Source: a candidate division WOR-3 bacterium (lineage in GTDB: Bacteria; Hydrothermota; Tepidihabitantia; Tepidihabitantales; Tepidihabitantaceae). From it: a stretch of 64,000 nucleotides of DNA. The stretch is taken from the NCBI GenBank assembly GCA_965649205.1, contig CBFGJV010000005.1, positions 1 through 64,000 on the forward strand, in the 5' to 3' direction. The notes under the pieces are model-generated. The model searched no databases. It was given only the letters and a program-made list of their open reading frames with translations, and had not been told where the DNA came from. This document shows, piece by piece, positions 55,414 to 64,000 of this stretch (its first letter is position 1; every line of letters begins with the position of its first letter). The position numbers and the translations under genes were made by a program.

Positions 55414-56448
55414 ATGCCGATACGGGTAGCGATTGTGGGTTGCGGTACGCAGGCGCAGGTGGCGCACATACCGGCTCTGAAACAGAACCGGAATGTGGAA
55501 ATAGTGGCCCTTTGTGATACGGATGTGCGCAAGCTCAACCACCTCTGTTCCCTGTACAATGTTCCCCGCCACTATGTGGATTTCGACGATTTGAAGAACG
55601 ACGAAGATATTGATGCGGTGGTGATTGCCACGCCCAATTACCTGCATGCCCCTATGGCCATAGCGGCTATGCGATACGGCAAGGACGTGCTGTGCGAAAC
55701 GCCGCTGGGTCTGAATGCGGCAGAGGCGCGGGCTATGATTCAGACAGCGGAAGAAGAGGGTCGCTATCTAATGCCCTGTCTTAACACCAGACTCCGGCCT
55801 GACGTGCAGACTATCCGCAAGTTTATCAATGGCGGAGAATTAGGCCAGCTGTATTATTGCAAGACCGGCTGGCTGCAGGGTCGCAGTTCCTGGTCCATGG
55901 GGGGCTGGCGTGAGCAACGGCTCCGGTCAGGAGGGGGAGCTTTCCTTTCTTTGGGTACTGCGCTGTTGGATTTTGGCCTCTGGCTACTTGCCCCTGCGCG
56001 GCCGTTGTCTGTTGTCGGCGTGTCGCATCGCCGTATGCCCCACATGGAAGTTGAGGATACCGCGTTTGCCATGATTCGGCTTGCCAATGACATACTTCTG
56101 ACCCTGGAGGTGGGCTGGAGCATGTTGATGGATAGAGATTTCACCTATTTCAACGCCTTTGGTACCAGCGGCGCAGCGTTGCTGAATCCTATTCAGATTC
56201 ATAAAGAGATGCACGGACATCTGGTCAACGTGACACCAACCGTGTCCACCAAGGGCATACAACGTGCCTCATATCGCATGTTGATTGATATTTGGGTAGA
56301 TTCATTGGTGCGGCGGGTGCCACCGGCCATACCGGCCACCGAGGGTCTGCTCATAAATCAGATTGCCGATGCGTTCTACGAATCCTGCGCAACCCGGGTT
56401 GAGGTAAAGCTGCCCGTGGAACAGCAGGAAAGACAGCAAAACCAGTGA
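55414..56448 (+). CDS. Gfo/Idh/MocA oxidoreductase
   Basis: IVGCG, DAVVIATPN..H, VLCETP (canonical EKP altered), GGG. Confidence 0.9.
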   Translation: MPIRVAIVGCGTQAQVAHIPALKQNRNVEIVALCDTDVRKLNHLCSLYNVPRHYVDFDDLKNDEDIDAVVIATPNYLHAPMAIAAMRYGKDVLCETPLGLNAAEARAMIQTAEEEGRYLMPCLNTRLRPDVQTIRKFINGGELGQLYYCKTGWLQGRSSWSMGGWREQRLRSGGGAFLSLGTALLDFGLWLLAPARPLSVVGVSHRRMPHMEVEDTAFAMIRLANDILLTLEVGWSMLMDRDFTYFNAFGTSGAALLNPIQIHKEMHGHLVNVTPTVSTKGIQRASYRMLIDIWVDSLVRRVPPAIPATEGLLINQIADAFYESCATRVEVKLPVEQQERQQNQ

Positions 56449-56461
56449 ACGCCGGCTCTGG

Positions 56462-58129
56462 TTGCTACTTGCTGCTGCTTTAGTGACTGCCCGGACTGGC
56501 ACATTTCTGAGTCTTACGCTGGGCGCCCTGGCGCTTAGCCTTGCTTTTGCCCCCTTTCCTTTTCGTTTTCTTGCGTTTTTTGCCCTGATACCGCTGCTGC
56601 GGACGATAGACCTTGCGTGGTCGCATTCAAGTGGAAAACAGCGCGTTTTTCTCTGGTCATGGTTCTTCGGTACGCTGGCTGCCGGCTTTCACTTTTGGTG
56701 GCTTTGGTTTCTGGTTGTGCCAGTGGAGCCGGTAACGCGTTTCTTGCTCAATATCGGAGTAGTGGTGCTTCTTATTTACTTGGGCCTGTATTGGGCGGTA
56801 TTCGGAATTATCGTGCGCCGTCTGGGCTTGTGGACCGCGCCGTTAGTCTGGCCGCTGCTGGAGTACCTCAAGAGTCTGGGACAGATTGCGTTTCCCTGGG
56901 ATTTGCTCGGTTACGCTATGACTCCCTGGCTTCCTTTTATTCAGCCGGCTGCTTTTGGGGGAGTGTATCTGGTTTCGGCCTGGGTAGTACTGGTGAATCT
57001 GCTCTGCTATCGTATTGTGTTTCCTCAGCGCAGATTAGAGATGTGCGGCTCGGGCGAGGGAAGGCAAGCCGGGGGAATAAGACAGCAACTTTTGCGTCCG
57101 CGTATAGCTTATGGGGTCGGATTGGCACTCACACTGCTGGGTCCTTTGGTTCTTTTTCTTATCAGAGTCAAGCCGCATGTTTGTGGGTTGCGCGTGGCCA
57201 TAGTGCAACCAGACGTGTCGCCTCTGGACAAGGGAGACATTGCTTCCCGCGAACAGATATACGCCGACCTTCTGCGGCTGGTGCGGCAGGCGGCGAAGGA
57301 CAAACCTGACTTGATTGTCTGTCCGGAAACGGCCACGTTGTTCGATGTGACTGATCAGAAGAACTACATCAGTCAGAGCTTGAAGAGGCTGGTAGATTCG
57401 CTAGGCATACCGGTGTTTACTGGTACGCCGCTCCATGACCGACAGCGCGGCACCTGGCATAATGGGGCTGTTTTACTTCTGGCGGGAGAAGATTCTGTGG
57501 CGCAACGGTATTATAAAATGCGGCTGGTTCCGTTTTCGGAAAAAATCCCTTATGCGGATGAATTTCCGCTACTACGAAGAGTGTTGGCCACTGGTGATAT
57601 GGGTAACTGGGACAGGGGCAGGGATTACACCATTTTTCACCTTCAGTCCGGCGCAGCTACGAGGGCTGATACGGCAGCGGCAGTGCAAGTTCAGAAAGGG
57701 CCTTCTATCAGCAGATTCTCCGGTCTTATCTGCTTTGAGGCAATTTTCGGCGATTTGGCTCGTCAGTTTGTACGGAGAGGCGCAGAGATGCTTGTGGTTG
57801 TCACGAATGACGGCTGGTTTGGCAGGATTATCGGCGCCCAACAACATGCAGAGCTGGCCGTGATGCGTTCAGTTGAACAGGGCGTACCACTCGTTCGCAG
57901 TGCCAACAATGGCATATCGTTTATCGTCGATCCCTACGGAAAAGTGTTGTGCCAGACCGGGCTCTTTACCCAAACGATACTTAAGGGAGCAGTGCCTTTG
58001 CCTCTTCCACCCACGTTTTATTGTCGTTTTGGGGACTGGTTTATTGTCTTCTGTCTCGCGGTTATTGTGATTCAGACCGTAGTTTGGTTTCTGCGCGGGC
58101 GGAAAGACATCAGGCAGGCGGCACGATAG
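56462..58129 (+). CDS. lnt: Apolipoprotein N-acyltransferase (start uncertain)
   Basis: FPW..LGY, CPE, K..LVPF.E, ICFE, TNDGWFG, RSANNGIS. Confidence 0.93.
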   Translation: MLLAAALVTARTGTFLSLTLGALALSLAFAPFPFRFLAFFALIPLLRTIDLAWSHSSGKQRVFLWSWFFGTLAAGFHFWWLWFLVVPVEPVTRFLLNIGVVVLLIYLGLYWAVFGIIVRRLGLWTAPLVWPLLEYLKSLGQIAFPWDLLGYAMTPWLPFIQPAAFGGVYLVSAWVVLVNLLCYRIVFPQRRLEMCGSGEGRQAGGIRQQLLRPRIAYGVGLALTLLGPLVLFLIRVKPHVCGLRVAIVQPDVSPLDKGDIASREQIYADLLRLVRQAAKDKPDLIVCPETATLFDVTDQKNYISQSLKRLVDSLGIPVFTGTPLHDRQRGTWHNGAVLLLAGEDSVAQRYYKMRLVPFSEKIPYADEFPLLRRVLATGDMGNWDRGRDYTIFHLQSGAATRADTAAAVQVQKGPSISRFSGLICFEAIFGDLARQFVRRGAEMLVVVTNDGWFGRIIGAQQHAELAVMRSVEQGVPLVRSANNGISFIVDPYGKVLCQTGLFTQTILKGAVPLPLPPTFYCRFGDWFIVFCLAVIVIQTVVWFLRGRKDIRQAAR

Positions 58130-58309
58130 CCTGCCTTGAGGTGTGAACCCTTTTCTGTTCCAGTTTCCCTGCTGAAAACATACGCACAGGCCGGTGCTGA
58201 CCAAAGACTGAATTCGCAGTAGCACACCAGAAGCAGAGTCAGTTCCTGGTATACTGCATGCTTGCGTCTGACGCGTCGTTCGGTATATTTGGAGCGAGCA
58301 GGGGCAGAG

Positions 58310-61300
58310 ATGTGTAGAGCTGTCGCTTTCTCAGTCTTTTTTCTTGCCTTAGGGGGCAGGGTTCTGGCCGGCTGGCTGCCGGAAGAAAGGCTTACCTTCC
58401 GGCCTGACACGGCCGACTACACTACACCCAATTATGCGCGCTGTGTGGCATCTGACCGGACTGGCAACGTGCATGTGGTCTGGTATGGCAGGTGGCAACA
58501 GAAGCCTCAGGTCTGGTACAAACGCCTGGATGCTCTGTCCGGCCGATGGTCGGAGAATATGGTGATTTCCCATGAACCGCAGGGAGCAATCAATCCCTGC
58601 CTGGCTGTGGACGACTCCGGCAATGTGCATGTGGCGTGGCAGGTGGCAACAGCCCAGGCAGACACCGTATTGCGCTACCGTTGTCGGCACGTTGCCGGCG
58701 GCGTCTGGGACTCGATTGAAACAGTAGTCAGAGGCACACGTATGCAAACGCCTTCCCTTGCGGCCCGGCAGGATGTGGTTGCGCTGGTCTGGAGCCAGCA
58801 GTGGTTACCGCAGTATCAAGGGGTTTTTCTGGCTGTGCGCACTCGCGGTGGCTGGTCACAGCCGGAAATGGTGAGCGATTCTCTTTCCAGAGACCAAGGA
58901 GCTGGTGCAGTGGGCATCGGCGCCGGCAGCGTGGGTGTGCTCTGGAGGAACGGAACAGCCGATTTGATTATGTTTCGACAGCGGGAGACGACTGGCTGGG
59001 CCGGACCGGAGACTGTTTTTCGGGGTGCCAGTGCGGCGCCCTGTCTCTGGATAGAACCGAAAGGAACGGCGCATAGCATCTGGACAGCCAGTATTTCAGG
59101 CAGGGACAGATATGTCTATCGTCAGAAACAGGAAGGCATTTGGCGTGATGCTGTGATGTTGCCCGAGACTTATCCCATGCAGGGGCCGGTGTCCTTGGGA
59201 GTGGAACAGAGTGGCCAAATTCATCTGGTCTGGGTGGCGAAAGATACAGTGTATTATGCCACGGCGGAAAGCAGCGGCCGCAGGTGGTCAGTGCCGCTGG
59301 CCATCGGATTCGGGCCATACGGACGCGGGAACCCCAGTCTGCATGTGCAACAGGAGGGTGAGTTACAAGTTGTGTGGACAGACAACCGCCATAATCCCTA
59401 TCCCTATTCTGATATCTACTGTCGCAGGTATGGGTGGTTGCGGGACATATCTGTACAACGTGTCGTCAGTCCTGTGGGCATTATTGACAGCGGCATGGCG
59501 GTAGCTCCTGCAGCCTGGGTAGCTAACTGGGGAGATTCTACGGAGACGCAGGTAAGGGTAGATTTCCGCCTCGGTGATTCTGGGCAGCTGAGGATGGTGA
59601 CAAGCATTCTTCCGGGCGACTCTGCGCTTGTACATTTTGATACCTGCAAGTTGTTGTCCTTGAGCTGGATTGGGCTTTGTTGTTCTACCGCCCTGACAGG
59701 TGATGCAGTGCCGGCAAACAACGTAAGCAGAGATTCCATTTTTGTGCGGCTGCGTGATGTGGCACTGGACTCTATACTCACTCCTCGTGGTTTGCTACCG
59801 CTGGATACAGTGCGACCGGCGGCTACTGTACGTAACCGCGGTAATGTGGCGGCGGAGGCGCGGGCCAGATTCAGTATTCTGGAGAATGGCGAGGTCGTAT
59901 ACTCCGGGCAGACCACCGTTCCCATTCAGGCTGGGGTCGTCCGGCGGCTGGAGTTTCCACCCTGGGCGGGCAAGGTGGGGGTTTTCACTGCCGTATGTTC
60001 AGTCAGTTGCGGAGGCGACATTCATCCCGAGAACGATACCGGTTCAACTCGGTTTGAGTTGTTCTATCGTGACCTCGGGATAGAGGACATAACTTGGCCG
60101 ACAGGGCAGGTTGATTCCGGCGTCTTTGGCCTGCCGGTTGTGCAGGTACGCAATTTGGGGAATACAACCGAGCGCTATTGGGCGTTCCTGACTATAGGCG
60201 CTGATTACAAAGACAGTCTTGAAGTGCAGTCTCTGCTTCCGGGGCAAACCGATACGCTTCATTTTGCGGGCTGGACGGCTCAAAAGCGGGGTCTTCTGTT
60301 TGCTGGGTGTTCGCTCTGGTGCAGCGGAGACATGAACCTGTCCAATAATGCTGCGGCGCGCACGGTGTTCGTACAGGTGCGGGATGCGGCGGTGGAAAGT
60401 ATCGTCAGCCCGGCCGGACCGATTACTGTCGACAGCGTGCGTCCTTGCGTACGCCTGCGCAACCAGGGCAATACAAAGGTCATTTCCCGGTGCGGGTTCC
60501 TCATAGAATCTGATTCCTCAGGCATTGTCTATGTTGATTCTGTGGACGCTTACCTTGCCCCTGACTCTGTAACAGAGGTAATGTTTTCTAGCTGGCAGGG
60601 AACGCCGGGTCGGTATAGAACAGCGTGCTTTTCCTCTCTGGATGGTGACATGCGTTCTGAGAATGATACCCTGCGCGGGGAGTTTTTAGTCTACCAACCA
60701 GAGGTGCGGGTGATAAGAATGTTAGTTCCGGCTGCGGTGGTTGATTCTGGCTGGTACGACCGTCCGGTCGTGGAGTTGCACAATGTTTCTCCTGTTCCGC
60801 TTGCCTGCCTCTGCAGTCTGTATATCGGTCCGTATTATGCCCAGGTGGAGACAGTGGCCGGTATGTTGCCCGGTGAGATACGGGGGTATCGCTTTTCCGA
60901 ACCCTACTATGCGGTTCAGCGGGGCTGGCAACCAGTCCTGTGTTCCATATTTGGTTTTGCGGGCACGTCGCGAACGCCTGCCTGCAAGCTGGAATGCAGC
61001 CTGTTTGTCAGGGTCAGGGATGCGAGCGTGGAAGGCATCCTGGCGCCTTCGGGCAATGTGGGCAGAGGCGAAATCAGACCGCGGGTGCGAGTTCGCAATC
61101 GGGGAAATGTTACTGGCAAACCAGGCTGCTGGTTTGCTGTCAGAGATAGTGCGGCGGAACTTTATCGCGACTCGGTAAGTCTGGAGCTGGAGCCGGGGAA
61201 CGATGCGGTGGCGGAGTTTCGTTTCACAAGTTTTCCTAGCGGACGCTATCGCGCCTATGCCTGGACTTTTATGGAAAACGATATGGTGAGGGCCAATGAT

Positions 61301-62794
61301 ACGACCCAAGCCGGTTTCCGAGTGGTACGGACGGATGCAGCGGCGCAAAGAATTTTGCAGCCGGCGGGTGCCATCCGTCCCGGAAGAGTACGGCCCGCTG
61401 CCGTAGTGGCTAATCTGGGTGAATGTGATAGTGATATAGAGGTGATGTTTTGGATTGCGGATTCCTTGCCGGTATATTCTGATACCGTCCGGTTACTGCG
61501 GGTGGGCGTGGCGAAGGAAACAACGGCTCTGTTCAGAGACTGGGATGCCGGGCCAGGAAAATACAACGTTAGGGTTGTGACTTTGGTTGCCGGGGATGAA
61601 AACCCTGGTAACGATTCCTGTTTTGCCCAGGTGAGAGTTGAGCTGCCGCGACGCTGGGTGCAGCTGCAGGAAATCCCGGCCGGTCGTGCCGGCCAGCCAG
61701 TCCGCGCCGGAGGATGTCTGGTTTCTCTGCGGGACGGGCTATTAGGTTTGAAGGGAGGAAACACAGATGAGTGCTACCGATATTCTGGGCACGAAGATTC
61801 CTGGTTTGCACTCTCACCTTTGCCCCCAAGTCCCACTGGTCGCAAGGTTAAAGCCGGAGCAGCTATCTGTTTTGATGGAGCGCGGCGAGTTTATGCTCTG
61901 CGGGGCAATCGTACGCGCGAATTTCTGGCCTACGATGTGATTACGGATTCCTGGCGATTTCTTTCCGCACTACCCGAGGGGACAAGGATGTTGAAGTACG
62001 GAGCCGGACTCGGGTTTCTCTCTGGCGATACGGGGCGTGTTCTGTTTGTGAAGGGTAGTGGGACCTGCGATGTTCTGGTGTATTGGACAAAACAGAATCA
62101 GTGGCATGCCCGGCGGCGACTTCCCTGTGGACCGCAAGACAGACCGGCTAGAAGAGGAACTTGTCTGGTTGTAAGTTCGGGCCGGGTTTTCTGCTTGAAG
62201 GGAGGAACAAACGAGTTCTATGAATATTTCCCCAAAGGAGATTCCTGGGTCCGGCGAGCTGATTTACCGGCTGTGGGTAATTCGGGTCTGGCGCGTAGGG
62301 TCAGGGACGGTGCTTCATTGTGCGCTGATCAGTCTGGCTGCGTCTATGCTTTCAAGGGCCGCAGCAATGAGTTCTGGCGCTACAGCGTGTCTGCTGATGT
62401 TTGGGTGCAGCTAGAAGATTTTCCTTTCCCAGAGCCGGCCCGCAAAGCAGGTTCTGGTGCTGCACTTGCCTTTCTTTCCGGTTGCATATATGCCCTGAGG
62501 GGCGGAGGCAGCAGAGAATTGTGGAGATATGAGCCAGAGATAGCGGGAAAGGATACAACTACAGCTACAGAAGTAGAGCCGGGCATGGCAGCGCAAGCGG
62601 GTGAGGCAAAGAAAGCCGGGTGGTTTCGGACAGAGGTGTTTCTTTTGCCCGGTTCGGCTGTGGTGTATGATGTATGCGGCCGCCAGGTAGAGAGAGCGGT
62701 TTCAGACAAGTTGCGGTTATCTTCCGTGCCAGGCGTGTATTTTGTGCGAACTACCAAAGACCGCCGTTGCCACAAGGTGTTGTTGCTCAGATAG
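58310..62794 (+). CDS. Large surface protein: N-terminal propeller, 7 CARDB/Ig-like repeats, Kelch domain, T9SS-like CTD
   Basis: G.VHVVW repeats; RD..V..I..P.G...P...V.N.G...ND repeats; (L/F)KG..T.E..Y....D.W Kelch blades; YDVCGR...GVYF...KVLLLR. Confidence 0.85.
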   Translation: MCRAVAFSVFFLALGGRVLAGWLPEERLTFRPDTADYTTPNYARCVASDRTGNVHVVWYGRWQQKPQVWYKRLDALSGRWSENMVISHEPQGAINPCLAVDDSGNVHVAWQVATAQADTVLRYRCRHVAGGVWDSIETVVRGTRMQTPSLAARQDVVALVWSQQWLPQYQGVFLAVRTRGGWSQPEMVSDSLSRDQGAGAVGIGAGSVGVLWRNGTADLIMFRQRETTGWAGPETVFRGASAAPCLWIEPKGTAHSIWTASISGRDRYVYRQKQEGIWRDAVMLPETYPMQGPVSLGVEQSGQIHLVWVAKDTVYYATAESSGRRWSVPLAIGFGPYGRGNPSLHVQQEGELQVVWTDNRHNPYPYSDIYCRRYGWLRDISVQRVVSPVGIIDSGMAVAPAAWVANWGDSTETQVRVDFRLGDSGQLRMVTSILPGDSALVHFDTCKLLSLSWIGLCCSTALTGDAVPANNVSRDSIFVRLRDVALDSILTPRGLLPLDTVRPAATVRNRGNVAAEARARFSILENGEVVYSGQTTVPIQAGVVRRLEFPPWAGKVGVFTAVCSVSCGGDIHPENDTGSTRFELFYRDLGIEDITWPTGQVDSGVFGLPVVQVRNLGNTTERYWAFLTIGADYKDSLEVQSLLPGQTDTLHFAGWTAQKRGLLFAGCSLWCSGDMNLSNNAAARTVFVQVRDAAVESIVSPAGPITVDSVRPCVRLRNQGNTKVISRCGFLIESDSSGIVYVDSVDAYLAPDSVTEVMFSSWQGTPGRYRTACFSSLDGDMRSENDTLRGEFLVYQPEVRVIRMLVPAAVVDSGWYDRPVVELHNVSPVPLACLCSLYIGPYYAQVETVAGMLPGEIRGYRFSEPYYAVQRGWQPVLCSIFGFAGTSRTPACKLECSLFVRVRDASVEGILAPSGNVGRGEIRPRVRVRNRGNVTGKPGCWFAVRDSAAELYRDSVSLELEPGNDAVAEFRFTSFPSGRYRAYAWTFMENDMVRANDTTQAGFRVVRTDAAAQRILQPAGAIRPGRVRPAAVVANLGECDSDIEVMFWIADSLPVYSDTVRLLRVGVAKETTALFRDWDAGPGKYNVRVVTLVAGDENPGNDSCFAQVRVELPRRWVQLQEIPAGRAGQPVRAGGCLVSLRDGLLGLKGGNTDECYRYSGHEDSWFALSPLPPSPTGRKVKAGAAICFDGARRVYALRGNRTREFLAYDVITDSWRFLSALPEGTRMLKYGAGLGFLSGDTGRVLFVKGSGTCDVLVYWTKQNQWHARRRLPCGPQDRPARRGTCLVVSSGRVFCLKGGTNEFYEYFPKGDSWVRRADLPAVGNSGLARRVRDGASLCADQSGCVYAFKGRSNEFWRYSVSADVWVQLEDFPFPEPARKAGSGAALAFLSGCIYALRGGGSRELWRYEPEIAGKDTTTATEVEPGMAAQAGEAKKAGWFRTEVFLLPGSAVVYDVCGRQVERAVSDKLRLSSVPGVYFVRTTKDRRCHKVLLLR

Positions 62795-62860
62795 GATGCA
62801 TTCTTCGTTTCGGGTGCGGGGATTGCCGATGGTTGACTGACCTATCGGTAAGAGCTACGA

Positions 62861-63721
62861 TTGTTTGTGCGATGCCTAGTTACTGGCGCATCCGGTCTGC
62901 TGGGAAGACAGTTTGTGCGCTGGTTGAGAGAAAGAGGGGAGGAGGTGGTTGAATGGGACTTGCCGGAGCATGACATTACTGATGTGAATAAGACTATAAA
63001 TGAGATTCATCAGGTAAAACCAGAGGTTGTGTTTCATTTTGCCGCCTGGACAGATGTGGATGCATGCGAGAGCGACCCGGCAAGGGCTACAGCAGTCAAC
63101 ACGCAGGGGGCTTGGACTGTTGCTTTGGGCGCCACAGAGGTGAACGCACGTATGGTTTATCTCAGCACTGATTACGTGTTTGACGGCAGCAAGACCAGTC
63201 CTTACGACGAGCGGGATAAGCCGAATCCCTTGTCAGTATACGGTAAGAGCAAGCTGATGGGGGAGAAGGCAGTAATGCGTTCCTGCGGGAAATTCTATAT
63301 TGTGCGTACCAGCGGCATGTTCGGAAGTTATGGACGGAATTTTGTGGATACAATTCTGGTTGCAGCAAGAAGTCAGAAGGCCCAGAACGGAGAATCGTTG
63401 CGGGTGGTGCATGATCAGCGGTTCTCGCCAACTTACGCGGCTGACCTGTGCGAGCCTCTGTATGAACTGGCACGACAGGCCAGTCCGGGCATTTATCATC
63501 TGACTAACAGTGGGCAGTGTTCCTGGTTTGAGCTGGCGCAGGCGGCGATAGAGCTGGTCGGACTTAATTGTCCGGTTGTGCCTATTACGGCGCGCGAGCT
63601 AGGTCGTCCTGCTCCGCGGCCGGCCTTTTCGGTTTTGGAGAATCGTAACTTCAAGCGCAAGTTTGGCAGAATACTGCGGCCGTGGCAGGAAGCACTGGCA
63701 GAATACCTGCGGGGAAAATGA
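62861..63721 (+). CDS. rfbD: dTDP-4-dehydrorhamnose reductase
   Basis: [30 protein letters not shown]. Confidence 0.95.
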   Translation: MFVRCLVTGASGLLGRQFVRWLRERGEEVVEWDLPEHDITDVNKTINEIHQVKPEVVFHFAAWTDVDACESDPARATAVNTQGAWTVALGATEVNARMVYLSTDYVFDGSKTSPYDERDKPNPLSVYGKSKLMGEKAVMRSCGKFYIVRTSGMFGSYGRNFVDTILVAARSQKAQNGESLRVVHDQRFSPTYAADLCEPLYELARQASPGIYHLTNSGQCSWFELAQAAIELVGLNCPVVPITARELGRPAPRPAFSVLENRNFKRKFGRILRPWQEALAEYLRGK

Positions 63722-63752
63722 GGAGCCGTGGTTTAGACCCAGAAAGCAGCAG

Positions 63753-64000
63753 GTGATATTGGCGTTCTGTTATTCTGAAGAACAGAAAGAAACACCCTAT
63801 CGGCAACCGAAGTTGGCGGTCGACTGTATTGTCAGAGTAAAGGGAAGGATTCTGCTTATCCGGCGGAAGAATCCACCTCTAGGCTGGGCTTTACCGGGTG
63901 GTTTTGTGGAGTATGGAGAATCTCTGGAGGAGGCGGTGAGGCGGGAGGTGAAGGAGGAAACCGGACTGGAATTGGAGAATCTGCAACAGTTTCGGGCTTA
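63753..64000 (+). CDS. NUDIX hydrolase (truncated by the window edge; start uncertain)
   Basis: Manual translation: PKLAVDCIV...[39 protein letters not shown] (Nudix box). Confidence 0.9.
   Translation, partial: MILAFCYSEEQKETPYRQPKLAVDCIVRVKGRILLIRRKNPPLGWALPGGFVEYGESLEEAVRREVKEETGLELENLQQFRA

Noticed and set aside
58130..58260. Possible riboswitch upstream of the giant surface protein
   Set aside because: Only weak hairpins; no recognisable aptamer consensus.

Overview
Ordinary chromosomal region of a diderm bacterium, by inference from gene content an FCB-related lineage such as candidate phylum WOR-3. Support for that: proteins with T9SS/FlgD-like C-terminal domains, a PorV-family barrel, a TonB-dependent receptor, many lipoproteins and Lnt. 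Housekeeping content: rho-rpmE-prfB (programmed +1 frameshift), tRNA-Ala(CGC), uvrB, rnpB, tsaD, trxA, tldD/pmbA, purN, lnt and rfbD. No integrase, transposase, reverse transcriptase, cas gene or CRISPR array was seen. The strongest unexplained signal is two intergenic copies (1040-1370 and 49756-50074) of an element made of a 31-bp conserved head plus about 25 indel-free, degenerate G-rich 12-mers. Other notable features: an active plus catalytically dead L,D-transpeptidase pair; twin PTS-EIIA/ion-transporter fusions flanking a USP-like gene; an internally symmetric SWIB-like basic protein; a lipoprotein-TBDR-CTD cargo-PorV operon; a frameshifted comEC; and many apparently leaderless genes with mostly 16-bp promoter spacers. 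All family assignments come from motif recognition by eye; no database searches were run.
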